Source: Candidatus Helarchaeota archaeon (GTDB lineage Archaea > Asgardarchaeota > Lokiarchaeia > Helarchaeales > RDOG01). Taken from it: a stretch of 64,000 bases of DNA. The stretch is taken from positions 909,910-973,909 of the forward strand of contig JAHPZH010000002.1 of NCBI GenBank assembly GCA_019058315.1, in the 5' to 3' direction. Both the position numbers and the translations under genes were made by a program. The notes beneath the pieces were generated by a model. The model made no database searches and was not told where the DNA came from. It saw nothing but the letters and a program-made list of their open reading frames with translations. Shown here one piece after another: positions 51,012 through 60,701 of the stretch (position 1 is the first letter of the stretch; each line of letters starts with the position of its first letter).

Positions 51012-52100
51012 TTAGTAATATGGAATGAACGGGAAACATTCATCAATAACCTTAGGAGTGTCTTTAAAAAGATTAACATCAGCTGTTTTTTGAAACTGGT
51101 CAATTTCGTTGCGATATTTTTTTGTAAAGACGTCTGCAAACAAATTGAGTGCTGATCTAAGTGATGCGCTAGATTTTGTAGCAAGCAAAACGAATACGAC
51201 ATGCAAGCGATCGGATTGTTTTAAAATCACTAAGCTCTCCTCAAGTTGTATTTCTTTTATGTTTCCTTTTTGTATAGTTTCTTTTACAAAATGACCCAAA
51301 GCTGAAATCATACCTGAAAAGAGATTTTCGTCGATTAAGAAATCTTTTTTATTCCATATATGGTCATATAGCGGGATGCTTTTATCTCGTTCGATTATGA
51401 CTAATCTAGATGCTTTAAACGGCAACAAGAATCCTAATTTCGGCTGCTTAGCGTAAACCACACCCATTAATAACGTTCCAATGGCAAAAAATATATCACT
51501 AAATGCAGGAATGGACTGGTTTATCTTCAAAGCGGTAACCAGGGGTGCCATTATCTGCTGGAATAAAATCCCAACATTTGCTAAATAAATCCAATTTTTT
51601 AATTCTTCTGGAGCATTACGCCAAAATTTAATTCCAAGATATATGACTGAAACCATGATGATTAAAACAAGTCCTAAGATAACGGATAAAAGCGTATCTT
51701 GAATGAAAATTGAGGGGTCTCCATTCGGATAAAGAAACTGGTAATAATATCTTAAATCGAAACAAAGAAAAAGCAACACTGCAGAAAGGAAGGAAATTAA
51801 CATCATTTTTCCCGTTTCGACAGATTCCCTGGTCATTACATCATAAAGTAAAGCGACGCTAAATGTTATTGGTATCCAAAGAATTACACTAAGAATTGCA
51901 TAAGTGAATGAGAAAAACAAAATTGCTAATCCTTTCGATACCTCCCATGATGTTAAAGAAAGGTAAGTTAAGGCACAGATGAAAAAATGTTTGTATCTTA
52001 ATCTAAAATATTGATAAAATAGAAAAATGGTGCCAAATGCTCCTGGAGCTGCACTGATAAAATAAATCATAACCTCTATTGTAAAAACCATAATAACCAT
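51012..52100 (-). CDS. 7-TM + longin-like protein, paralogue of 46604..47707
   Basis: Shared 'MxRES', 'LPFKA.RL.IIE', 'DExLFSGM', 'FPFIP' motifs. Confidence 0.75.
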   Translation of the reverse strand: MVIMVFTIEVMIYFISAAPGAFGTIFLFYQYFRLRYKHFFICALTYLSLTSWEVSKGLAILFFSFTYAILSVILWIPITFSVALLYDVMTRESVETGKMMLISFLSAVLLFLCFDLRYYYQFLYPNGDPSIFIQDTLLSVILGLVLIIMVSVIYLGIKFWRNAPEELKNWIYLANVGILFQQIMAPLVTALKINQSIPAFSDIFFAIGTLLMGVVYAKQPKLGFLLPFKASRLVIIERDKSIPLYDHIWNKKDFLIDENLFSGMISALGHFVKETIQKGNIKEIQLEESLVILKQSDRLHVVFVLLATKSSASLRSALNLFADVFTKKYRNEIDQFQKTADVNLFKDTPKVIDECFPFIPYY

Positions 52101-52193
52101 CTACTCAATTATAAGATTTCTTTTAATGCAAGATTTTTTAAATTTTCCATAACTTATAAAGCAATTAATTAATGAATATTCTTCAAAAAAGAG

Positions 52194-52817
52194 TTGAAAT
52201 TTGTGATAAAAAATCAAAAAATAATAGGAATTTGCGGAATGATTGCTCCAGTGATATTTAACTTGATATGGATTATCGGGGGTTTCATACAGCCCGGATA
52301 TAGTCATATTCGCGACGATGTAAGCACACTTATGGCATCGGGAGCACCGAACAAACTTTTATTCGATATTATGCATATTGCTGAATTAATTTTAATAATA
52401 ATATTTTTAATTGGCTTACTTCAAGTAATGAGAGATTTAGGAAACTCGTTTGTTGCTCCAATTTTATTTTTAATTTCACAGAGCATGGAACTTACTGTTA
52501 CAATATTTTTCCCTTTAGATTATGGTGGTGAGATTACCACATTAATTGGAACCATGCATTTTATACTTGTAGTGATACTTGGTTTCATTGCAATGGGTGG
52601 CATGTTTACAATGTGGTTTGAATTAAAGAAGGTAGACGAATGGAAGGGATATGATGTTTATTCGCTGATAACATTCATTTGTACTTTAACTCTTGGGCTT
52701 TTCTTATCAATGACTGCAGGAAGCGAAATAATGGGATTAATTGAAAGGTTCGTAATTGTTGCTAACGGACAATATTTCTTTGTAATAGCGTTAAAGGTTT
52801 ATCTTACAAGTGAATGA
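52194..52817 (+). CDS. DUF998-like membrane protein
   Basis: PGYSHIRDDVSTL, MHF, GLIER. Confidence 0.75.
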   Translation: MKFVIKNQKIIGICGMIAPVIFNLIWIIGGFIQPGYSHIRDDVSTLMASGAPNKLLFDIMHIAELILIIIFLIGLLQVMRDLGNSFVAPILFLISQSMELTVTIFFPLDYGGEITTLIGTMHFILVVILGFIAMGGMFTMWFELKKVDEWKGYDVYSLITFICTLTLGLFLSMTAGSEIMGLIERFVIVANGQYFFVIALKVYLTSE

Positions 52818-52912
52818 AATTAAATTTTATAAATCCCAATATATAATTAAGTTCAACTTTATTAACTAATTTAAATAATATACTTATTTAAACCAAAAAA
52901 GAGGGTATTTGG

Positions 52913-53629
52913 ATGTTATTTCGCAAGCTTGATGAAGATCGTGATCAAAAAATTGACGACTCAAAGCAATATCTTAAAAAGATACGAAATGATCTTGAAA
53001 TTTTAAAAAAGACAGACACTGGCATAGATTTTGATAATGTTGGAAAAAAACTTGATGCAATAAGTAAAATTATTGAGAAATTGCCTGAAAAAATTCCCAA
53101 GATAGAAATCACATCCAAATATATTAAAGAAATTTTCCAACTTCTAGAAATGTCCAACCAAAGCAATATTGCTTTATTAGTTGATATTGAAACTAAATTG
53201 GTAATTATGGGGTCTAGAATCCACTTGGTGGGTGTTCTTCAAAAAATAATTAAAAATCCTGATCGAAGGAGTATAGCACCTAGGGGAAAAATTTGGAAAA
53301 ATATTAAAGCATGTTTTCCTAGGTTCAAAGGTTTTAATGTGACCGTCTGGGGTGGTGGTGGATACATGACAAAAGCTGAAAGTTTTTCCGTTAAGTTAGA
53401 CGATTTTAAATATAAAAATGAAAAAACAGATTCTAAACTAACATCAAATCAAGCCCGTGAATCAGCTTTTAAAGAATTAATAAGTCTTGTAAGATCATTC
53501 CTCTCGTGGGAAATAGAGAAATATAGGGTGGACGAATATCTCAGGACTTGGACTTTTGATAAGGATTTAATAGTTAAGTTTCAATTCGATTGGCGTTCCT
53601 ATGAGGAACGATATGATCCAACAAGATAA
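52913..53629 (+). CDS. Hypothetical protein (N-terminal coiled coil)
   Basis: 238-aa ORF with RBS-like GAGGG upstream. Confidence 0.6.
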   Translation: MLFRKLDEDRDQKIDDSKQYLKKIRNDLEILKKTDTGIDFDNVGKKLDAISKIIEKLPEKIPKIEITSKYIKEIFQLLEMSNQSNIALLVDIETKLVIMGSRIHLVGVLQKIIKNPDRRSIAPRGKIWKNIKACFPRFKGFNVTVWGGGGYMTKAESFSVKLDDFKYKNEKTDSKLTSNQARESAFKELISLVRSFLSWEIEKYRVDEYLRTWTFDKDLIVKFQFDWRSYEERYDPTR

Positions 53630-53692
53630 CTTTCATAGAAAATTTTGATAAAATCGTAATAATGGTAAGAAGAAAATGTTTTAAATTTATTG

Positions 53693-53722
53693 TCTACCCA
53701 ATCTCAAACTTACTGCGATTAT
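53693..53722 (+). repeat. 31-bp dispersed repeat copy 5 (degenerate)
   Basis: TCTACCCAATCTCAAACTTA-CTGCGATTAT, 3 substitutions + 1 deletion. Confidence 0.88.
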
Positions 53723-53821
53723 AATAATTCTGTAGCATACTCATATTTTACTATTTTTGGTAGACAAAAATAAACGCTTTGATTATATGAATAAATTAAT
53801 AATAAATATTCTACTAAAATA

Positions 53822-54076
53822 ATGAATAACACATTTAGGTTTCAAAAGGAGTTGAATAAATTTAGTAAAATATCTGAAGATAAAGCTGTTAAATTAGCTA
53901 AAAAAGCGCTTTCGGAGAAAGGGTGGGATATTGAGAAATACATAATGAAAAAAGAAGAGTCTGATGAGAAATGGATAATCACTTTCGAAGGTAAAGAACC
54001 CCGACCTCCTGGAGATGAAATGACTATTTATGTTATTAAAAAAGATGGATCCATTAAGGTATTTATTGGAGAATAA
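53822..54076 (+). CDS. Small PepSY-like protein
   Basis: ISEDKAVKLAK...WIITF...IYVIKKDGSI. Confidence 0.5.
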   Translation: MNNTFRFQKELNKFSKISEDKAVKLAKKALSEKGWDIEKYIMKKEESDEKWIITFEGKEPRPPGDEMTIYVIKKDGSIKVFIGE

Positions 54077-54198
54077 GAGAATTTTAAATTCTTAATTCCA
54101 ATTTCCTATAATAATTTTGCAGCAAATATCCATTTTTTGACTTCTTCGTGAGAGATATGATATAATAAGATAACCTGTAAAAATTTTAGTGGTAAATA

Positions 54199-55467
54199 AT
54201 GGATAAAATAACTTCTAAAGAAGATAAGAAATCTTTTCTATTATTAAAAAAGAAATGCGGGCTTATAGAAAGAGATTTTGCAGTTAATAAAAAAGGACAG
54301 CTCTATTATCTTAACCTTTCTGGTAAATATTTGAAAAAAATAGAAGGGTTCGAAAATTTCTCCCACTTACAAAAATTATATCTTTCTAATAATGAAATCA
54401 CGAAGATAGAGGGATTGGATAAGCTCTCCCAATTAAAAGAATTATATCTTGATAAAAATCAGATCAAAAAGATTGAAGGATTAGATAACCTCTCCCAATT
54501 GCGATTTTTATTCATTCCAAGTAATCCGATCACGAAGATAGAGGGATTGGATAAAATTTCTCAATTAACAGAATTAAATCTTGGGGAACTTAAGATCACT
54601 AAGATAGAAGGGTTGGAAAAGCTCTCCCTATTAATCTCATTATCAATTTCAAGAAATGAGATCAAAAAGATTGAGGGGTTGGAAAAGCTCTCCCAATTAA
54701 GAGAATTATGGCTTTCTGAAAATAAAATCAAAAAGATTGAGGGGTTAGAAAAGCTCTCCCAATTAATCTCATTATCAATTTCAAAAAATGAGATCAAAAA
54801 GATTGAGGGGTTGAACAACCTCTCCCAATTACAAACTTTATATCTTCCTAATAATCAGATTACAAAGATTGAGGGATTAGAAAACCTCTCCCAATTACAA
54901 GCATTAAACCTGAGTGAAAATCAGATCTCAAAAATCGAGGGGTTGGAAAACCTCTCCCAATTAAGAGAATTATACTTAGATGGAAATCTGATTGCGAAGA
55001 TTGAGGGGCTAGAAAACCTCGGTCATATAACAAGATTGGAGCTTCATAAAAATAGAATTTCTAAACTAGAAGGTTTGGAAAACCTCTCTGCATTAGAATG
55101 GTTAAATCTTTCTGATAATCAGATTATGAAAATTGAGGGTTTGAAGACTCTCTCCCAATTGAAAAAATTGAACCTAATAAACAACAAGATCTCAAAGATA
55201 GAGGGATTGGAATACCTCTCCAAATTAGCAGAGTTATATCTTTTTGGTAATCCCATAACTAAAATCGAAGGATTGAATATTCAGGATGTAAAAGCAGTAG
55301 TTATATACTGTCACCAAAAAAAAATACAGGACAAAAAAGATATGATTGCGGAATTAGAATATATTAAAGCACAAATAAATAAACCAGGAATTAAATTGTT
55401 AGAATTAAAATATTTAAAAAGACGCGTTCAGGAATTAACTGATAAATTAAGCGTTATTGATATATAA
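54199..55467 (+). CDS. Leucine-rich repeat protein (SDS22-like 22-aa repeats)
   Basis: About 15 'LxxLxLxxNxIxKIEGLxxLSQ' units; 66-bp DNA periodicity. Confidence 0.95.
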   Translation: MDKITSKEDKKSFLLLKKKCGLIERDFAVNKKGQLYYLNLSGKYLKKIEGFENFSHLQKLYLSNNEITKIEGLDKLSQLKELYLDKNQIKKIEGLDNLSQLRFLFIPSNPITKIEGLDKISQLTELNLGELKITKIEGLEKLSLLISLSISRNEIKKIEGLEKLSQLRELWLSENKIKKIEGLEKLSQLISLSISKNEIKKIEGLNNLSQLQTLYLPNNQITKIEGLENLSQLQALNLSENQISKIEGLENLSQLRELYLDGNLIAKIEGLENLGHITRLELHKNRISKLEGLENLSALEWLNLSDNQIMKIEGLKTLSQLKKLNLINNKISKIEGLEYLSKLAELYLFGNPITKIEGLNIQDVKAVVIYCHQKKIQDKKDMIAELEYIKAQINKPGIKLLELKYLKRRVQELTDKLSVIDI

Positions 55468-55484
55468 ATGATCTAAAACTATTC

Positions 55485-55515
55485 TGTTGCCAATTTCAGA
55501 TTTAATTGCATTTAT
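55485..55515 (+). repeat. 31-bp dispersed repeat copy 6 (degenerate)
   Basis: TGTTGCCAATTTCAGATTTAATTGCATTTAT, 7 differences. Confidence 0.7.
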
Positions 55516-55575
55516 AGAACATTATTTTTTAATACTAAAAACTAAAAAGCTTAAAAAAAGGAAAAAAATTGAAGA

Positions 55576-57090
55576 TTATTGTTGCTTTTTGAGATAAACC
55601 AAGATTAAAACCACAGCTGCACCAATTCCAACAAAAATAACTGTAAGTGGAATTATTAATTGATCTCCCGCTCCTTGTAGCATCAAGAGGAGCAAAGGTA
55701 ATAAATTCTGTTCACCAGCTGAAGAGGGTCTTTCTAATAAGCGCATATTAGCATAGAAACTGGCGTATAACGTATTTTGGGCTTTGTCATTTGTCTGATT
55801 GCCGTAGTACCATTCGGGATCTAATGTACCATATCCTCCAAACACTATGCCAATAGGATTTATTCCTAATGGTAGACTGGTCACGCTTCCAAGATTTTGC
55901 CCGGTGTAGTTAACTGTTCGATTAATGGAGATCATCCACTCTATAATCGTATGGTTGCGACCAGATTCTTGCCCAGTCACATTGAAGCCAAAAGCCACAG
56001 TATAATTAAGATTGTTTAGAGAAGGTCCAAAATAACAAGTTATGTCTCGGTAACCACCTCGCTCAGTATGAAATCTTAAATCCTTAGTTCCATTATTATT
56101 AAGGTCAAGGAAAAGAAAGCCCGCATCATTAGCATCAGTGTTATTATCAGGTTCTACGTCATAGCAAATATATAGGTGGGTATTATCATGCTTGAGAAAC
56201 ACACTTATATTGTCGTCTGGATGGTTTGAAATTGGTTTAAAGAAGAAATGATATCGGGTCGCGTCGTCCCACTCGCCTGGAGTCATAATGCCGTCAATTT
56301 TAGGTGTTATAGTTTTGTATGGGCATAATAAATTAAGAAGTGGTCTATCTAATAAGAGCAAATCGGCATAGAAACTGGCATCGTTTGTACCCACAGGATT
56401 ATCATCTGTCTGATTGCCGTAGAGCCATTCAGGTGATAGTGTGCCGTATCCTCCAAAAACTACACCAATGGGATTTGTTCCAAATGGAAGACTAGATGCG
56501 CTTGTTAGATTCTGCCCTATGTAATTAGCTGTTCGATTAATGGAGATCATCCATTCTATAATTGTATGGGTGCGAGCAGGTTCTTGTGCGGTCAAATTGA
56601 AGCCAAAGGCAGCAGTAAAATTAAGGTTTGGTAGATTTCCAATGAAGGTCTGACTTACAAATCGAGATCCATCTCTTACCACTTGGAAACTAACATCTTT
56701 GTTTCCAGTATTATTGAGGTCAAGGAATAGATGGCCCGCATCATCGGTGCTATTATCATCATCTGGTTCAACATCATAGCACATAAATAGATGGGTATCA
56801 TTGTGCTTGAGAAAAATACTAATATTATCATCTGGGTGCCCTGAAGTTGGTCTAAAGAAGAAATAATATCGAGCAGCATCATTCCACTCTCCTGGAGACA
56901 TAAGACCATCGATCGTGGGTGTAAGAGCTGTTTTGGGACATAATAAAGTGGTATCTATAGAAAGTATATGGGTTGTTTCAAAATCATTCGACTGCGTTAC
57001 TTTGATTAATGGAGAAAATGAATTTGCTAGAAATAATGAACCTATGAACATCTGAAGGATTATTAAAACAAAAATTTTGCTTTTTTTCAA
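55576..57090 (-). CDS. Surface protein with two tandem CBM9/DOMON-like domains and a C-terminal anchor
   Basis: Duplicated ~205-aa unit starting 'TPxIDGxMxPGEWxDA'; signal peptide; TM + KKQQ. Confidence 0.8.
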   Translation of the reverse strand: MKKSKIFVLIILQMFIGSLFLANSFSPLIKVTQSNDFETTHILSIDTTLLCPKTALTPTIDGLMSPGEWNDAARYYFFFRPTSGHPDDNISIFLKHNDTHLFMCYDVEPDDDNSTDDAGHLFLDLNNTGNKDVSFQVVRDGSRFVSQTFIGNLPNLNFTAAFGFNLTAQEPARTHTIIEWMISINRTANYIGQNLTSASSLPFGTNPIGVVFGGYGTLSPEWLYGNQTDDNPVGTNDASFYADLLLLDRPLLNLLCPYKTITPKIDGIMTPGEWDDATRYHFFFKPISNHPDDNISVFLKHDNTHLYICYDVEPDNNTDANDAGFLFLDLNNNGTKDLRFHTERGGYRDITCYFGPSLNNLNYTVAFGFNVTGQESGRNHTIIEWMISINRTVNYTGQNLGSVTSLPLGINPIGIVFGGYGTLDPEWYYGNQTNDKAQNTLYASFYANMRLLERPSSAGEQNLLPLLLLMLQGAGDQLIIPLTVIFVGIGAAVVLILVYLKKQQ

Positions 57091-57226
57091 GAAAATTTAC
57101 TCCAAAATTTTTATAATTATTTATTTTGCTATATCTGATTATTTAATTTTTAAAAATTTTTAGGAATGATTTAACTAAATATTTCAAATGTTTAAAGAAC
57201 AGACATTTGAATGAATTAAAAATTCA

Positions 57227-57949
57227 CTATGAATCTTTTAGACCAATTTTAAACCCACACCAAACACATTCTATCGATGCTCCAGGAGTAGGGACTTTAT
57301 CAATTGGTCCTTTACAATTTGGACATCGCAAAGCTTCAAGTTCTTTTTCCAACCCCTCATATTTAGCTCCTCCCTTTTTTATTTCTGCCTTGATTCTATC
57401 TAAATTCATTAAATGTTTCTTATTAGTTGGTTCAATTTTATAGGCTGCTTCATAACAAAGAATGGCGTTTTTAATTTCTCCAAGGTTCTCATGGACTTTA
57501 CCTTTAGCATTTAAAACATCTAAATATTTTGGTTGTAATTTCAGAGCCCTCTCGAAAAAGTCAATTGCCCCATTAAAATTTCCAAGCTTAGCTTCCTTAT
57601 TTCCTAAATAATAGAGCCGTTTTGGTAGTTGCATCCATTTTTTCATTGCTTTATAAAAGTAAAGGCTTTTCTTTAAGTCATACTTTTTTTTGCCAAAAAA
57701 GATGTAAATTTTCTCTTCGCTTAATATTAATTCTGTATAATTGTAATCTATATCATTTCGTGATGAAACTGATACAATCATATGCATTTTAAGAGTTTTT
57801 GGTGTTCCCTTTTTAGGTTTAATGCATAGATTTTCTTCTGTTAATTCAATTTCGGATTCGATTTTATCAGACTTTTTTAGATTCTTAGAAGGAATGGTTT
57901 GAGAAAAAAACCCCTTCTTTTCATGAAAGGAAATTATTTCTTCTATCAT
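57227..57949 (-). CDS. PH-like + TPR + C-terminal Zn-ribbon protein
   Basis: 'IELTEENLCIKPK'; two TPRs; CPNC...CVWCG. Confidence 0.7.
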   Translation of the reverse strand: MIEEIISFHEKKGFFSQTIPSKNLKKSDKIESEIELTEENLCIKPKKGTPKTLKMHMIVSVSSRNDIDYNYTELILSEEKIYIFFGKKKYDLKKSLYFYKAMKKWMQLPKRLYYLGNKEAKLGNFNGAIDFFERALKLQPKYLDVLNAKGKVHENLGEIKNAILCYEAAYKIEPTNKKHLMNLDRIKAEIKKGGAKYEGLEKELEALRCPNCKGPIDKVPTPGASIECVWCGFKIGLKDS

Positions 57950-58129
57950 TTTTTTTCTCCAAATAAGTGAATTAAGGATTTTATTTTCATTTCCTTATTT
58001 AAAAATATCCATAATATTTGAAAACAACTATTTTTTTATCTTTTCTAATGATATAAAATGGATGGAGCTAAAGTTGAAAGTCCTCATATGATCAATTTTT
58101 AAATAAAACAATAAAAAAAATTCTAATTA

Positions 58130-59560
58130 TTACTTCCCACTTCTCCGGTCGGGACGTAATTTGGCTCGTGCATATGTATAACGAAATCTGAGTCCCATTC
58201 TATCTTTCAATGGTTTCATGAATTGTCCAACAGTAATCCCACCTTTTTTACACAAATCCGCTAATACTCTCCCGAACTTTTCTGGATTATCTATATGTTC
58301 CTCGGGTAAACCGAAACAGCCAGAACAAACCATATTTGCTTCATTAGGACAGATAGCACCACAACCAGAATTAGTAATAAAACCACAACACACATACCCC
58401 TGATTCAAAAAGCAGATATTCGGATCCATAATTCCTTCAAAATCTCGTTTATATCCTGTTATTGCCATATCTGGGCTTTTTCTATCACATTGATCGCAAA
58501 CAATTGTTTGACCAGCATCAAATCTTTCATCAAGTGAAAGTTTAAGCAATGCAACTCCAATTATATCTCTTGTTAATTCTGGTATGCTTGTAAGAATACT
58601 AATTGCAAGAGGACCTAATATTGGAGGATTTGCAGTTGCCACAGCTGTTAAATCCACTGCTTTTGCTCCCAATACATCTTTAGTTGGAAGCTCTAATTTC
58701 CTTAATCCCGCAATTTCTAGAATATTAGCATTAATATGAATATGTCCGAAATTTGGTAACTTCAAAGCAATAGTAGCAAATTCGATTATTTGAGCAATAT
58801 GTTTATCTGATAATTTTTCAACACTAATTGCCAATTTAGCAAGATCTACGGCTTCGGGATCAGCGGGTTTGGTTGAAATTCCCCACTCGCCCATTACTGG
58901 CTTGTTACCTTTTGGCCATCTCACTCCTGGTGCTGTAGCAGTGAGTGGTCCAAAGCATAATTTACCTTTTTTAAGGATACAATCAGCTCCACGCATCTCA
59001 CAGACTTCACAAACGTTAGTACCTGGATAATTCTCAGCTACCAAATACGTGGCAATGAAATAGACTGCACTCTTATAATTATGTGGTCTTGGAGGACAAC
59101 CAGGCATCCAAGCGTCGATTTTAACTATGTTCTCGTTAGGAACTACTTTGTCGGTGAATTTAGGAACATTTTCAATAGGTATAGCAAAATTATCAATAAT
59201 AGATTCCGCAGTTATAAATTTCCGTTTAGTGCATTCTTCAATAGGATAAATATTAGCAAGTCCTGCAACTGAACCATAACATGCACAAGTTCCATGCATA
59301 ATCAGGACTTTAGCTTTCTTGCGGATTGTCTCAAGTAAATGAATATCGTGTTCAGTACGAATTTGTCCTTCCACCATGCCAATATCAATTGAACCATCAT
59401 GCATATCTTCTAGTTGTTTGTCTTTTGTATCGACAACAGCTGCCCAATAAACTATCTCTAAAGCTGGTAAAATATCTAAAAGCTCTTCATGTAAGTCGAG
59501 TAGGGACTGATGGCAACCCCAACAACTACCGAGTTGAACAAAAGCTATTTTTATACCCAT
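58130..59560 (-). CDS. mvhG: [NiFe]-hydrogenase small subunit, MvhG-like, extended
   Basis: GSCWGC, VEG, GTCACYG, PGCPP, distal cluster motifs CDQC...CCG...CGAICP...CSGCFG. Confidence 0.85.
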   Translation of the reverse strand: MGIKIAFVQLGSCWGCHQSLLDLHEELLDILPALEIVYWAAVVDTKDKQLEDMHDGSIDIGMVEGQIRTEHDIHLLETIRKKAKVLIMHGTCACYGSVAGLANIYPIEECTKRKFITAESIIDNFAIPIENVPKFTDKVVPNENIVKIDAWMPGCPPRPHNYKSAVYFIATYLVAENYPGTNVCEVCEMRGADCILKKGKLCFGPLTATAPGVRWPKGNKPVMGEWGISTKPADPEAVDLAKLAISVEKLSDKHIAQIIEFATIALKLPNFGHIHINANILEIAGLRKLELPTKDVLGAKAVDLTAVATANPPILGPLAISILTSIPELTRDIIGVALLKLSLDERFDAGQTIVCDQCDRKSPDMAITGYKRDFEGIMDPNICFLNQGYVCCGFITNSGCGAICPNEANMVCSGCFGLPEEHIDNPEKFGRVLADLCKKGGITVGQFMKPLKDRMGLRFRYTYARAKLRPDRRSGK

Positions 59561-59634
59561 TATATTTTCACCAACTAATTGATTTTTAGAATTAAATAAA
59601 AATACTTCGTATTGATTTTATATCGAAAATAAAC

Positions 59635-59665
59635 CTTACACAATTTCAGATTTAACCATGATTAC
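59635..59665 (+). repeat. 31-bp dispersed repeat copy 7 (most degenerate)
   Basis: CTTACACAATTTCAGATTTAACCATGATTAC, 8 differences. Confidence 0.65.
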
Positions 59666-59769
59666 AAAAAAGTCAAAATATGGAATTTTCTGAAATATAA
59701 AAATTAATAAACCATTTAAAAAAATATTTATATCTTTAGTTATAAAATTAAACTGAAGAAGGTGAGAAA

Positions 59770-60546
59770 ATGGCTATAGATTGGGGATATATTTTTGAGT
59801 ATGCACTAAATCAAATAATAAAACCCTCTATTTTTAATGATCCGTTTCAACTTATTATGCTTGGTATATGGCTTGTTGACGGGATTTTTTTAGCTGGATT
59901 GATTTGGATATTATATAAAAAATATAAAGATACTGAAAATTTTGAGTCATTATTATTTTTGATAGGTTTGTTATTTATATTAATATCTCTTGTATTCTTT
60001 AATATGGCAAAATTCTGTTATACGTCTTTAGGTTCACGAGGACCAGGGGATCTTTTATTTATAATTTCTCAAATTCCCGTTATCGTCGGAGCCTTATGTT
60101 TTAATATATTTGCAGTTCGTGTTACTTTTCCAAAACATTCAAGAATCGTCTTTTCTTTTGTTTTAATATTAGGAATTATTTTTTTAGTAACTATAACTTG
60201 GGGAGTTATTTATGGTCCTCCGTATACTAACGTTGTTAATTTTGATGTTCTTTTTTCTTTAGACATTATTTTTATACGTCTTTGTTCTCTTTTACCAATT
60301 ATTATGATTCCAGCTGCGGTTTTCTTCTATTTTGGTATAAAAATCCGAGATGAAGCTAAACATAAAAGTACCCGCTCCATCTGGTTGGGACTGGGAATAG
60401 TGTTTTTTGCTATAGCCTTCGTTGTTTCACCAATTACAATTGAATTAAGATTCTTACAAGCTTGTATTTTACCTGCTCCAATTATTTTTTACATCTGTTT
60501 TTCCATGCCAGATTGGTTTAAACGTAAAATTGGATGGCCTGATTAA
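59770..60546 (+). CDS. 7-TM membrane protein
   Basis: 7 hydrophobic helices; C-terminal MPDWFKRKIG. Confidence 0.72.
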   Translation: MAIDWGYIFEYALNQIIKPSIFNDPFQLIMLGIWLVDGIFLAGLIWILYKKYKDTENFESLLFLIGLLFILISLVFFNMAKFCYTSLGSRGPGDLLFIISQIPVIVGALCFNIFAVRVTFPKHSRIVFSFVLILGIIFLVTITWGVIYGPPYTNVVNFDVLFSLDIIFIRLCSLLPIIMIPAAVFFYFGIKIRDEAKHKSTRSIWLGLGIVFFAIAFVVSPITIELRFLQACILPAPIIFYICFSMPDWFKRKIGWPD

Positions 60547-60637
60547 TCTCTTTTTAATCCTTTTTAAGAAAAAATAAGTAAAAAAAATATAAAAATAAAG
60601 TCTTTATAAATTTCTAATTTTTGCAATGAAAAGAAAT

Positions 60638-60697
60638 TTATGAATTAAAAGTCGGTCTTTTATCTTGCCAAGACGAAACTACTTCAAAAGCTTTAGA
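60638..60697 (-). repeat. Duplicated 3' end of the amidase gene (SKAFEVVSSWQDKRPTFNS*)
   Basis: 60643-60672 identical to 61441-61470; flanks similar and in frame. Confidence 0.9.
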
Positions 60698-60701
60698 TCT
60701 G

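Noticed and set aside
38745-59665. 31-bp repeat as a CRISPR array
   Set aside because: Intervals are 0.75-6 kb and contain whole genes; no constant-length spacers and no cas genes in the window.
38745-59665. 31-bp repeat as canonical integron attC sites
   Set aside because: No complementary L'/R' half downstream, so no hairpin; no intI in the window; cargo occurs on both strands.
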